Source: Octopus sinensis (Eukaryota). From it: 64,000 nt of DNA. Of the stretch, positions 51,355-64,000 are shown in pieces. The notes beneath the pieces were generated by a model. That model was given only the letters and a program-made list of their open reading frames with translations, made no database searches and was not told where the DNA came from. Numbering within the stretch: position 1 is the stretch's first letter; each line of letters starts with the position of its first letter. The stretch lies in NCBI RefSeq assembly GCF_006345805.1, contig NC_043008.1:62744001-62808000 (forward strand). Reading direction: 5' to 3'. The position numbers and the translations under genes were made by a program.

Positions 51355-51887
51355 TGGCTGACAGAAACATTAGCACGCTAGGCAAAATGTTTAACGACAT
51401 TTTGTCAACCCTTTACATTCTGAGTTAAAATTCTACCAAGATCAGCTTTGCCTTTCATCTTTTCTGGGGTCAATGAAATAAATATCAGTTGAACACTGGG
51501 GTCAGTGTAATCAACTTTCCCCCTGCCCACAAATTACTGACCTCGTTGCAAAAATTTTGAAACCAATATAATGTGAATCTAACTGGATAAAGCTAAGTGG
51601 TGTTGTAATAATGGAAAGTAAAAGCAGAAAGTAGGGAAATGAAATGGAATTAGGAAATTGTTTTATTTGAGTTAGCAATAGCAACAATATAATAAACAAA
51701 ACAAAATACCAGCATATATATAGATGTAGGAGTGGCTGTGTGGTAAGTAGCTTCCTTACCAACCACATAGTTCTGGGTTCAGTCCCACTGTGTGGCACCT
51801 TGGGCAAGTGTCTTTTACTATAGCTTCGAGCCGACCAAAGCCTTGTGAGTGGATTTGGTAGACGGAAACTGATAGAAGCCCGTCATA

Positions 51888-51932
<45 letters not shown>

Positions 51933-53250
51933 ATGTATGTGTGTGTGTGCATGTTTGTGTGTCTGTGTTTGTCCCCACCCCACCAACATCACTTGACAAC
52001 CGATGCTGATGTGTTTACGTCCCCGCAACTTAGCAGTTCAGCAAAAGAGACCAATAGAATAAGTACTAGGCTTCCAAAGAATAAGTCCTGGGATCGATTT
52101 GCTTGACTGAAGGCGGCGCTCCAGCATGGCCACAGTCAAATGACTGAAACAAGTAAAAAAGTCAAAGAGTAAAGAGTATATATTATGCAGATATTCTTTT
52201 CTACTCGAGGCACAAGGCCTAAAATTTTGGGGAGTGGGACCAGTTGATTAGGTTGACCCCAGTGCATAACTGGTACTTAATTTATCGACCCTGAAAGAAT
52301 AAAAGACAAAGTTGGCCTCAGCGGAATTTGAACTAAGAACATAAAGACAGGCGAAGTACCACTAAGCATTTCTCCTGGCATGCTAACGTTTCCGCCAGCT
52401 TGCTGCCTTATATATTATGCAGATATTGTAATACAGTAAAGCCTAATTAGTTGAAGTACATTTGGAGAATGCATTGTGATTGCTATAACTGTTGATTCGT
52501 TTCTTGAGCTGGATAAAATAATGGTTTCTAATTTAAGCACAAGGTAAGCAATTTTGAGACGAGGCTATTAGTCAATATCCTCAAACCCAGTACTTGACTG
52601 GCACTTTATTTTATAGAATGCCAGAGGGATGAAAGGCAAGGTTGATCCCAGTTGAATTTGAAATTAGAATGTAAAGATTAAGGCAGAATTTCAGCAATTT
52701 TCAGTAGATGTCTGGTATTCTATTTTACCAACTTTGGAGAGAACCAGGATAAAATTACCCTTTTTACTAGAAGTATATACCTGAAAGTGGAGGAGAGGGC
52801 TAGCTAATTACAAGAAGCCCAGTGCTTAACTGGGTCGGAGGATTGCGGTTTCGATTCCCAGAGCAGGCGTTGTGTGTGTTTATTGAACGAAAACCCCAAA
52901 AAGCTCCATGAGGCTCCGACAGGGTGTGGTGGCGACCCCTATTGTACTCTTTTGCCACAACTTTCTCTCACTCCCTCTTTCTGTTTCTTGAGTAACGCTG
53001 CAATGGACTGGTGTCCCGTCAAGCTGGGGGGGAACACATACACCACAGAAACTGGGAAACCAGGGCCATGAGCCTGGCTAGGCTTGAAAAGGGTGAAGAA
53101 AGTGCTTAACTGGTACTTATTTCATTGACCTCAAAAGGTTAAAAGGTAAACTCAGTCTACAGTGGAATTTGAACACAGAACTTGAAGATGGATGAAATGT
53201 TGCTAAGCACTTTGTCCAGGGTGCTAATGATTCTGCCAGCTTGCTGCCTT
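51355..53250. mobile_element. SINE cluster: B(+) 51355-51560, A(+) 51724-52175, B(-) 52200-52410, D(+) 52833-53095, B(-) 53100-53250
   Basis: Each matches its family elsewhere in the window; boundaries approximate. Confidence 0.8.
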
Positions 53251-53637
53251 AGAGCTGGATGAAATTATAAAACTTTTGGAAAATTGTTGTTTACTGATCA
53301 CTAAAGACATTTGAATTATGTTTTTATATATATATATATATATTGTTTGTGTGTGTGTGTGTTTGAATGGGTGCGTGTGTGTATTTCTGATGGAAAGCAA
53401 ATTTTTGTCGATTCCATAAACAATGGACATAAATTTTAGGAAAGAGTACGTTTGGTAATCTTATTCTTCAGATGTCTTTATAAGCAATATGTGGACTGCA
53501 TTTTAATATTTTATTTATTTATTTTGATCTCATAATCATGTCTGTCTCCAAGAATCATCTAAAAACCAAGACTATTTTTAGAAACAAATTCAATGAAATT
53601 CTTCTGAGTTATGAAATTATAAATTGTTTCAGCTTAC

Positions 53638-53724
53638 CCATTCTTTGCTTCAACTCTAATTCCTCATCATTCTCTCCTTATTCAATTTTTCTTTGGAGTA
53701 AATTCTCATTCTTTTCTTCTTTAG
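53638..53724 (-). other. 87-nt exon-like segment with strong splice sites and an in-frame TAA
   Basis: tttctgtcgtttcttgacag|CT AAA GAA..GAA TAA GGA..ATG G|gtaagc; phase 1-1. Confidence 0.35.
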
Positions 53725-53959
53725 CTGTCAAGAAACGACAGAAATTATGTAAAAGATTAATTTTCAGTTGTTGACATGGATATAAAGATATATTTAGTAC
53801 TAGAATCTAAATATGGTATCCAAATTGTTATCATTTGAATACATAGCTTGATAATTACTCTACACTTTAAAAAAAATTAAACCATTTTTATGACAAACAC
53901 AAACTAAACGGATCAGTCGGTAGCAGCATTAACTCATATCCGATTAGTTAATCTGTAGC

Positions 53960-54300
53960 AAGTGTTTGTGCCTCTTTATCCTGATGAGTGTGAAGAGTGT
54001 TAGTGCCTGAGGTGGCTGTTTGGGTCAAGGGCAGTATAGAAGAAGTGGGTACATTTATCACAGAGATGGGTTAACAAGGGATGAGGAAGTGTGAGTTGCT
54101 CTTAGTGTCTTTTGACATCTCATCTCTGGCTCTTGACGTCTGTTATTTTCCATCTGGTCCATTCTTTTAGCAATGACATTCCACCACTTTGGGCAGTCCA
54201 TGGTGATTGCCTCGCAGGTATTTGGCTCAAGAGAGCAGTGGAAGAGAGTGGCCTTGAGCTGATCTCAGAAAAAATTTGAGGACTCCACATGGTCTGGTTG
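53960..54300 (-). pseudogene. RTE (BovB-like) LINE C-terminal fragment
   Basis: DQLKATLFHCSLEPNTCEA..DCPKWW..CDKCTHFF...SHLRH (CCHH finger). Confidence 0.65.
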
Positions 54301-54563
54301 GTGCCTGAAGCCAACTTGATGGGGGGGCGGGGTGCACTTAAGGTATATATGGTATCACTTTTTTAAATGCTGTAAATTATAGATATATTTCCTTTCTTAT
54401 TCCTAACATACACTCACACCCTCATCCTCGCACCCATTCCTCATCTCCAACCATATGCATGCCCTTCCCATTATACATTAATTGTTCTTCTGTCCCCTCT
54501 CACTTCTACTCAATTTATACCTTGAGAGTTCACCCTGAAGCCTCATCATTGTTATTTTATCTT

Positions 54564-54899
54564 TTCTTTCAGCTCTACTGCTGTTAATCTCTTCCTTCAG
54601 TTCTGCTGCAGTTAATCTCTTCTTTCAGCTCTACTGCAGTTAATCTCTTCTTTCAGCTCTACAGCAATTAATCTCTTCTTTTAGCTCTACTGCAGTTAAT
54701 CTCTTCTTTCAGCCCTACTGCAGTTAATCTCTTCTTTCAGCTCTACTGCAGTTAATCTCTTCTTTCAGCTCTACTGCAGTTAATCTCTTCTTTCAGCTTA
54801 ACTGCAGTTAATCTCTTCTTTCAGCCCTACTGCAGATAATCTCTTCTTTCAGCTCTACTGCAGATAATCTCTTCTTTCAGCTCTACTGCTGTTAATCTC
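54564..54899. repeat. 28-bp minisatellite, ~12 copies
   Basis: Unit ctctactgcagttaatctcttctttcag at 54573+28n. Confidence 0.95.
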
Positions 54900-55084
54900 A
54901 ATCTTGCCTCTATTATATGAGTAGCATGTAGCTAATCAACAGAACAAGAATCTGGATCTGGTTCTGTTATGCAAGGTCCCTTCTTTCAAGTTTTTATTCT
55001 CATCTCCTCATGTAAAGTTGTCTGTTCATTTAAAGTAGTCTCATTCAGGAATTTTTAGTCTTACAAGCTTCATGATTACCGCAC

Positions 55085-56018
55085 TAGTGCTGGTGCCATG
55101 TAAAAACACTCACTCCTCTCTACAAAGTGGTAGAAATTAGGAAAGGCATCCAGCTGTAGGAACCATAACTTCACAGACATAGGAGCACAAGGCATTTGTT
55201 GGTCTGACTGGATCCAATTCAACCACTCAACCCATGCTAATATGGAAAATGGATGTTAAAGAATTATATAGATAATGACAAAGGCAATATTTGCTTCAAA
55301 TTTTGGCAAATGGTCAGCAATTTCAGGGATGGGCTAAGTTGATTACATTGACTGCAGTACTCAACTAGTATTTATTTTATTGACCCTGAAATGGTGAAAA
55401 GCCCAGTTGACCATTGCAGATTTTGAACTCACAAAAGAAAGACAGACGAAATGCTGCTAAGTATTTTGACTAGTGTGTTAATGATTCTGCCAGCTTACCA
55501 CCCTGATGACAATGGTAATAATGATGATGATGACAACAAAGATGATGATAATGATGATGATGATGATGATGATGACAACGACTGAGTATAGGCGTAATAG
55601 TGGCTGTGTGATAAGTAGCTTGCTTACCAACCACATGGTTCCGGGTTCAGTCCCACTGCATGGCACATTGGACAAGTGTCTCCTACTATAGCCTCAGGCC
55701 GACCAAATCATTGTGAGTGAATTTGGTAGATGGAAACTGAAAGAAGCCCGTCGTATATATGTATATATATATGTACGTGTGTGTGTGTGTGTGCGCGCGC
55801 ACGTGTGTGTGTATGTTTGTGTATCTGTGTTTGTCCCCCCAACATCACTTGACAACTGATGCTGGTGTGTTTACATCCCTGTAACCTAGTAGTTCGGCAA
55901 AAGAGACCGATAGAATAAGTACTAGGCTTACAAAGAATAAGTCCTGGGGTCGATTTGCTTGACAAAAGGCGGTGCTCCAGCATGGCCACAGTCAAAAGAC
56001 TGAAACAAATAAAAGAGA
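55085..56018. mobile_element. SINE cluster: C(+) 55085-55265, B(-) 55300-55503, A(+) 55590-56018
   Basis: Family matches; (GAT)n lies between B and A. Confidence 0.8.
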
Positions 56019-56424
56019 GCAACCATTGACTGTAATTTACTCTAGATTATCATCAATATTAAGCAGCAAATATTTTCTTAGTACTAAGTTATATTTCTCA
56101 TCTTCCAACAAGTCCTGAAGTTACAGAAATTAAATTAAGTTACAGTATATGAGTGTCAAACCTAAAACTTTGATATAACTTCTGACATGTATAACATAAA
56201 ACATGAAAAATGTCAAACAAAATTATTTTTGAAAAATAATTTGTGATTGAAAAAAAAATAAATAAATAAAAGAAGCAAAAAAAAAACCAAAACAGAAATA
56301 CAAAGAAGAGAGAAATCAATAATTTTAATGTAAGCAATATGTAGAAAGTCAAAGAAAGTGTACTCAATGTTTGTATAATTTTAATTTAGTTTTTATACCT
56401 CTGTGATTCCACCTTCTATAGCAG

Positions 56425-56467
56425 ATTGCCTCTGTTGAAGCCAAATGAATATGGAGTGCAAAGATAT
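56425..56467 (+). CDS. Candidate 43-nt exon (LPLLKPNEYGVQRY), unidentified
   Basis: gattccaccttctatagcag acceptor, gtaaac donor, one open frame. Confidence 0.2.
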
Positions 56468-56623
56468 GTAAACAAAATAAAATAGTTAAGACAAAGCAAG
56501 TGAAGCAAAAATCATCCACGGGATATAGCTATCTTATCCAATCATGGATTTGATAACATTTAAAGATATATGATAGAAAAATGCTTGTTTAGACAAGAAA
56601 CGTTCATCAAAATCCTTTCGGCA

Positions 56624-56655
<32 letters not shown>

Positions 56656-56842
56656 GTATAAATCTATATAAAATAGTAAAAAGTTCTCTTAGTACAAAAA
56701 TTAGTTCGCCATGTAAATTCTGATAAAAATAATTTAAATAGAAATAGATTTAGAAAAATGTAGGCACAGAGTAAAGGGGGAAAAAAAATTAAAATCTAAA
56801 TCTGAAACCAAGTATAAGAATTATGCACGTGTACACAGGGAC

Positions 56843-56874
<32 letters not shown>

Positions 56875-56916
56875 GTTTTTATGTGCACACGCAAAATACA
56901 TACATACATATATATA

Positions 56917-56958
<42 letters not shown>

Positions 56959-57048
56959 CATATATTCATACATATATATATATATACATATATATAAATA
57001 TATATATATATATACATATATACACATATATATGTCTAAATTTATATA

Positions 57049-57092
<44 letters not shown>

Positions 57093-57404
57093 ATATACGT
57101 AGCTGCACACACAGGCACATGCACACACAGACAGCATACGTTTATCTATTTATTTATTTATTTATTTATTCATTTATACAAATATATATAAACTATGCAT
57201 GTATCTCTGTAAAAGAAGTATTATTGTCTATGTTTGAAAATAAAAATTCTTTGAGTTTTTCCTTGATAAGAAGACTTCAGTAGAAGTTCTTCCATTTGTT
57301 GTTTGTGCATTTGTTAGCAAACTGCATGTTACGTTGTTTCAGCATAACGTTCTCCGTACTTTAGGGATAAACTGATAGGGAAATAAATAATACAGTCACC
57401 ATTA

Positions 57405-57600
57405 TCATCATCTTTGTCGTTATCATCATTATCGTCATGATCATGATGATCATCATCATCATAACCATCATCATCATTATTGTCATTAGTGTTAGCATAA
57501 ACATTACCAATGTCATCAACATTATTACTTTCGTTATAATTGCCATCATCATTATTTTCATCATCATCATTGTGATCATCATTATTGCTGACATCATCTT
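57405..57600. repeat. Cryptic (ATC)n tract
   Basis: Seen directly. Confidence 0.9.
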
Positions 57601-58387
57601 TGTCACATATCTGCTTTTCCATGAAGGAGTGTGTTTGATGAAACTTCAAAGTCATGTCAGTTTTTATTTGTAGTAACTGCTTCCAAGCCAGACTGGAAAC
57701 CATGTCTGGTCTGTTCATTCTTAGATTAGATTACTTAGATAAGTTTCGGCCAAAGTTGGCCCAGGTCATGTCTAATTTAATAGCACCACCTGGAAAAGAT
57801 ACACAGTCGGCTCTTGGGCATCCTAGCCCATTCGAGCAGAAAGTTATTGTTTTCAAAGACATATCCAGGTGTGGGTGGTTTATCTTGTATTTGTTAGGGG
57901 TAATCATCTAGAGACCATTTGAATGCCATGAAATCACTTTCTCCCTTTATGTGGACTGGCACAATTTTGAAGAGAGCAGGGCCAGTTAAGGATAAATAGT
58001 TCTGTCATAGTGTTGTGATACAACACAAACATGCTTTCTGTGATGGACGAATGGCACGGGGTCCAAGCCTCAGATGAATTTTAAAGATGATTCCTATATC
58101 ATTTGGGCAATGTTGATGGAATATTTTCAACATCATACAGATGATATAGCACTCATGGTGGCACTGGAGGGAGTAAAGCCTAAGCTTTTTGAAGCAATCC
58201 TTATAGTCAAGGCTTGTTATGTCATCTATATTTTTAGTGATTGATCTCTGGGGATCTTCTTTTGGGAGTTGCTTGTATGACTAGATGTTTTTTCTGACTC
58301 AACCCTCTTTTCAGTGTATATATCCTCATGCATCCAGCAGAAAGTCTTTCTTGTCGCTATCAAAATTAATGAGTCCTTTCATATATC

Positions 58388-58419
<32 letters not shown>

Positions 58420-58429
58420 AATCAGTATG

Positions 58430-59100
58430 GCGCTGACCATGGGAAAAGTACTGTTGCAAGAAGTGAAGTCCAATGCTTTTCAGTGATTGTCCTTGACACT
58501 TGTTAACTGACATTGCAAAACTAACTCTCACTGGAAATTGAAGTCTCTTGAATTCAAAGGTCATGTCTGTTGGAATCAGTAGAATTCTTGGAATAAACAT
58601 TTTCTCCCTTTCCTTCTCCAGTGAGGATTGTTGCTTCCAAAAGATGTGGATGCATTTGCCTGACAATCAGGCTTGTTCCATTGCACAGCTTTGGAAGATC
58701 CATTTTTTGCAAAAGCATGGTTGGAACTCCTTTCTTTTATGTCAGTTTGTGAGAAGGCATTTCAGGAGGATCCAAAGAGTTAAGAAATTCAGCAGGATAA
58801 TTCACTGCTTCATTAGGGTCCACTGCAGAATCAAGTGAGAAATGAATTTTTTTCCCTCGTTATTGATTCATTGTGTAAGTTTCCAACTGACAATCCTGGT
58901 CAGTTTCATTCTTTGGTGCAAGTATGGCTCTTTCACAAAGTCAACCATGTTCTTGAAAATTATGTCCTATGTTTGGGTAAACCCTGGTAATTGACTCTTC
59001 TACAGTATTGACCAAAATGCCACAGCCATTTGGAAATGTGATGCCTCGATTACTGTCTTGCTGAATGCTTCCCATTCCCAGTTCCAAAAGTCTGAAATGG
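58430..59100 (-). pseudogene. Helitron RepHel PIF1-type helicase C-terminal remnant
   Basis: VYPNI..LCERAILAPKN..VNYPAEFLNSLDPPEMPSHKL..PKLCNGT..FIPRI..FEFKRLQFPVRVSFAMSVNKCQGQSL..FSHGQ; stops and frameshifts present. Confidence 0.92.
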
Positions 59101-59169
59101 GCCAAAAGTCTGATATGAGCCAAAAGTCTGATATGAGCCAAAAGTCTGATATGAGCCAAAAGTCTGATT
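59084..59169. repeat. 18-bp tandem repeat, ~4.7 copies
   Basis: ccaaaagtctgatatgag units. Confidence 0.95.
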
Positions 59170-59184
59170 TGGAGTTCTCATTCT

Positions 59185-59505
59185 AATTGGTTCCACTGTG
59201 TGGTAACTTGGCACGTGTCTTCTCCTATAGTCTCAGACCAACCAAAGCCTTGTGAGAGGATTTAGTAGAAAGAAACTGAAAGAAAAATTCATTGAATATT
59301 TATGTATACATGTAAGTTTATGTATGCATCTTTGTGTCTGTATTTCTCCCTCATCACTGCTTGATAACTGGTGTTGGTTTATTTACACCCCCGTAACTTA
59401 CTGGTTCAACAGGAAGAGACCGACAGAATTAGTACCAGGCTTATCAAAGTAAAAAAAAGCACTGGAGTTGATTCACTCAACAAAAATTTTTCAAGGCAGT
59501 GTCTC
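59185..59505 (+). mobile_element. SINE family A, degraded
   Basis: ccaaagccttgtgagaggatttagtagaaagaaactgaaagaa etc. Confidence 0.7.
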
Positions 59506-59544
59506 ATATTTTTGTTTGCCCACTCAATTGTATCAGAAAAAGAA

Positions 59545-59636
59545 AAGACGAAGACAGGTGTATAAACAATAAATAGGTGTATTAGTTTAACACTTGGGAA
59601 GCTGAGAAAATCTTTTACGTTTCGAGCCTATGCTCA
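59545..59636 (-). mobile_element. Penelope-like fragment related to 4222-4565
   Basis: Minus gagcataggctcgaaacgtaaaaga, the same stem II plus GAAA. Confidence 0.6.
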
Positions 59637-60799
59637 GAGTAATTCTATCCATTTGTCTGTTTGTTCCACAGAACATAATTGAGACACCATTTCATTTATA
59701 AGCATGTGTGTTTTGTCCACTTTCACACTTAACTATGGTTATGATAATGATGATGATGGTGTGACCAGGGCTAAAGTGCCAAAATTTTCAAAGAAGCGAC
59801 AACTTTAAATCTCTCTCTTTCTTTCTCTCTCTCTCTCTATTTAACTTTCTGTCTTTCTATTTGGCTTGAAATTGTCCTCTGGTGAGAATGGTCAGTATTC
59901 AAGACAATGACAACCACCACACCATATATATTTATTCATTTATTTATTCAAGAATGGTTGGTTCTGCACCATTAAACATGGTCAATCTCTCTCTCTCTCT
60001 CTCTCTGTCTAATGACTGCCATAAGCAAAAATAAAATAAAACTCTGGGGTCAAATTGGCCAACAAAAAATTTTTTGAAGGTGGTGCCCCAGCATGGCCAC
60101 AATCTAATGACTGAAACAAGTGAAAGGGGAAAAGAAGAGAAAAATAAAATAAAATTATAAGTGTGGGTGTTTTGCACACTTCCAGCTGCAGAGCAGAACT
60201 CTAAAGAAATGGCACCACTATTTTTTATAATCTGTTTCTCTCTTTCGTTTTCTCTAAACACACACACACACACACACACCACACACACACACACACACAT
60301 GTATATTCATTCATGTTTCAGCTATACCTTTTTTCTAACTTCTCCATTCAGATACAAATATACAAATTTCTTTCGAATAAGCAGAGACAATCTGACAGTG
60401 AAGCCGTATGCACACAGACACAAATTCACAGCAAAACGAAAATCGTTGATATGCCAACAAAAAGACAACCACACAAAGCCTTGCTCTGCATTCCTGTGAT
60501 ATAGAGTTGGAATTTCAGCAAAAACACTGACACCATTCAGCATTTGTAAATTAATTTCACTATTACTTACTGATTGTCACACGTCATCTGTACTTTTATT
60601 TCACTACAACTTATTATCAAAAAAATGTCTCATAAAAAAAGACCATCACAAAACAAACACCAACCAAATGCACGATGTGCATCAGAAAACGAAAATGAAA
60701 CACACACATGGCTTGCAGATCAGTGATAGAGGAAGAAAGCTCAACATGCATTTGAAACCAATAACTTAACCAGTTGAGCATGTTCCTTAGTGGCTGAAC

Positions 60800-61180
60800 A
60801 TCTCTGATCATGAGCAGAAGTAGTGGGGGAGCATCATAGCCGTGTGTTGAAAGGAATTCTTTGAGGTTTGGATAATTGACCTTAGGAAACATGGCTGGTT
60901 CGTTCAACATCCTTAAGCAATCCTTATTCAGGAACCTTTTGAGCAGGATGGGCTACTTGACCAGAAGAAAATTCTAACTGGGCCCCACCTGCAAGGTCAT
61001 GTACTGTTTATCTTGATATGAGATCACCATGTCGTGCACATATGGTTGTGATGCATGTGCCTGGTGTACCCTTATCAGACAGGTAATCATGATGTGTATA
61101 CTGGGCTTTGTATATTTTACCCCAGTGTCACTTTGATTGCATGCACTGCTCTCTCACTCAATAATAATAATAATAATATT
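60800..61180 (+). mobile_element. SINE- or LINE-tail-like repeat ending in (TAA)n
   Basis: ..gtcactttgattgcatgcactgctctctcactcaataataataa; single copy here, family recalled rather than demonstrated. Confidence 0.4.
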
Positions 61181-61209
61181 TATTTATGTGTGTGTGCATC
61201 TTCCTAATT

Positions 61210-61445
61210 CTTATTTCTTTACTGCCCACAAGGGGCTAAACATAGAGGGGACAAACAAGGACAGACAAAGGGATTAAGTCAATTACATCGACCCCAGTGT
61301 GTAACTGGTACTTAATTTATCGACCCCAAAAGGATGAAAAGTAAAGTCAACCTCAGCGGAATTTGAACTCAGAATATAACAGCAGACGAAATACTGATGA
61401 GCATTTCACATGGCACACTAACGTTTCTGCCAGCTCGCCACCTTC
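61210..61445 (-). mobile_element. SINE family B, full length
   Basis: Direct match to 2278-2513. Confidence 0.85.
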
Positions 61446-62289
61446 AAAATTCTGTAAACCTAAATTCATTCACGAAGCATTGGTCAGCTAAGACCAGTTT
61501 ATGCAGTGGTATAGGAAACTAAACAACATAGCTTCAAGTGAACTCCTTACCACAAGTTCATGTCTTCATCTAAGTAAATGTTCACATATATTCTGAATAA
61601 CTCACTGTAGAGAACAAGAAGAGGAGACTGTTTAATGATCACATCAACAGAACTGCATTTATTGAATGCAATCTGTAATTAACACTCTTGTTGTTTCATA
61701 TTCCAACCAAAATATTTATATCATCTATTAATTGAATATGGAAGTTTGCTATCATTTTGCAATTATCATTATGGAATCTAAATTTAATTTTTTTTAATTG
61801 TTTGTTTGTTTAGTAAATAAACATTGCTAATTATTAGATTAATGGAATAATTCTTGTGTGGTCATTTAAATATTTTCGTCTTGGAGATGCAAGTACTTGC
61901 CAAATTTCACATGGTAATAACTATACATGTATGTTAGTATGTATGCATGTGTGTATATATACTATATATATGCATAAACATTTATACCTATGCATCTATG
62001 CATACATATTTATACAGATATGTACACATATATACACACATGTATATAATATATATAACTATATATATAACGATATCAGTGGTATATAGTGGTTATTGTA
62101 TTCGGTGTGGTGCCACACCCAATGCCTCCAAATTTCAAGCAGGTGTATAACAAAAGTTTCCCATTGAGATTTCTTATGAAATTAATGAGTAAGGTTAGTT
62201 TTTATAATGAATTTGCCACTTTCGATGGGTATGCAGTGCACACATAAGTCACCTGAAGTATACGCCTCTGAAATATATATATGTATATA

Positions 62290-62530
62290 TATATATATAT
62301 ATATTATATAAAATCCATTCTGTTTGTCTGTCTGTGTGTCTTCTCGGATCTTGAGCATCCTCCATCCGATTGCACTCAAATTTGATATGTAGATTCCGAT
62401 GGTATCAAGGCATGTACAAGTCTTGGAAAAATTACAAAAATCGATTCCAGGTGAGAATGCGATCAATAAAGCCGTTTTTGTCCTGCTTTTCTTCCGTCAA
62501 ACCTGTACATAACTGCACCTTCCATTTTTT
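62290..62530 (+). mobile_element. Helitron-like non-autonomous 5' portion
   Basis: tatataaaatccattctgtttgtctgtctgt..ccgattgcactcaaatttg; no 3' CTAG hairpin found. Confidence 0.4.
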
Positions 62531-62579
62531 GTTGTTTTTGTACTGCTTAAAGGCACGTTTCTTTACTGCCAAGCTTATT

Positions 62580-62790
62580 GTTGATGATGGTGATGATCAA
62601 GATAAATGTTAAGATTATGATGATGATTATGATGATGATGATGATGATGATGATGATTATGGTGATGATGGTGAACATGATGTTAAATGTTATGATGGTG
62701 ATAATGATGGTGTTGATGATCATGATGATACATGTTATGATGATGCTGGTGATTGCGGTATATGATGACGACAATGATGACAAAGATGCC
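62580..62790. repeat. Cryptic (GAT)n tract
   Basis: Seen directly; another at about 63310-63420. Confidence 0.9.
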
Positions 62791-64000
62791 GATGAGATTT
62801 GTCAGCGATATAAGGCTATTTATCAGATATACCTCAAAATACTTATGCCTATTTCAACCAGTAAATATTATCTAACAAAATCAACCTATATAGAACAGTG
62901 TTTATTTTGTATCCCTTTGGTCTAAAGTATCTATGGCTACTAGATTTTTCTTTAAGCCTCTATAACAGATCAGATTCATCTCCCCTTGACATAATCACCT
63001 CCCTACCTCATTAATTACCTTCCCTCATCTCTCTGACTAGGATCACCTTACACTATCGCATCTGCTCTCCCTCAGTGATAGGAACATTTTAAGGCCTTCA
63101 CCTTACAAGCTTCGAGATGATTACCACAACTGATGGTGCAACAAAAACAAAATGATGTACAAGCCGTAAAATGGATGGCATTTGAAAGGAGATCCATCCA
63201 TAGAAACCACACAAAAGTAGTCATTGGTGTAAAATGCAGTTCTTTAAATTGTCAGATCATTAAAATACTGTCCTGTCAATACCAGCATGGAAGCCAGTCA
63301 TTAAATCACAACGATGATGACGCTGGTGATGATTATGGTAGTGGTGGTGGTGGTGGTGGTGGTAAGGTTGATAAGGATGTTGATGATGGTAATGGTAATG
63401 ATGATGAGGAGGAGGAGGAAAGAGGGCGCTGGTGATTTTTCAAGAAGTTAGATGATTCTTCAACATTTCCTTGCATTGCTATTTTTGTTGGCAAACGAAT
63501 TGCAAAAATTCAGTAATTTTTATTCTTCATTTACAACTTCTTTGCGTGTGGCTTCCTGTGCAGGTTTTGGTTGAAACAGTGAAGCTGATACCGTTGCCAA
63601 AGAAATGGTTTTGAGAGGAATCTCCTACTTGGAATTGTGTAATACTGTTTGTTTTTTTAGCAAACCAATAAATACTAACCATTAGAATTTATTGGTTTTG
63701 GTTGAAAAAATTTAACTTCATTTGTTGCTTGGGCTATCGTTAGGCATACTTGGACTTGTTTAATAATCTTATTAACAGAGGTTTTGAAACAAAACAATAC
63801 ATTCTCCCAGCAGACATTGAACATTTTACTAAATTATATTAACCTAACAAATTAAAAATTTTAATCCTGTCAGACCACATGCAGAGTCCTATAGAAACAC
63901 TTAAATAAATTAACCTCTCATATACAGATTAGTGATTCGAATTTTTATGCTTGCTTTTAGATTTATTTCATTATATCTGAGTCGAGTGAATCACCTTTCA

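Noticed and set aside
54564-54899. CRISPR-like array
   Set aside because: Contiguous tandem units with no unique spacers, in eukaryotic DNA.

Overview
AT-rich, repeat-saturated animal DNA. The SINE families and the very heavy (TA)n/(CA)n/(ATC)n load look like an octopus (coleoid cephalopod) genome; this is recognition from memory, not a database result. No host gene could be identified, and only a few short splice-flanked segments are offered as low-confidence exon candidates. Most ORF-track entries are microsatellite or SINE artefacts. Recognisable content: more than 40 copies or fragments of several SINE or SINE-like families; decayed RTE-type LINE, APE and restriction-like-endonuclease retrotransposon fragments; Tc1/mariner, maT-like and pogo transposon relics; TTAA and TA MITEs; non-autonomous Helitrons plus a Helitron helicase pseudogene; and many nested insertions with readable TSDs. 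The most interesting signal is a set of unrelated fold-back (head-to-head inverted) elements, mostly embedded in (TA)n, that carry hammerhead-ribozyme (HHR) folds of the Penelope-like type. These include a tRNA-headed SINE-like element with an HHR tail, and a 513-bp insertion with two tandem HHR-like cores that ends 5 nt past a predicted cleavage site.
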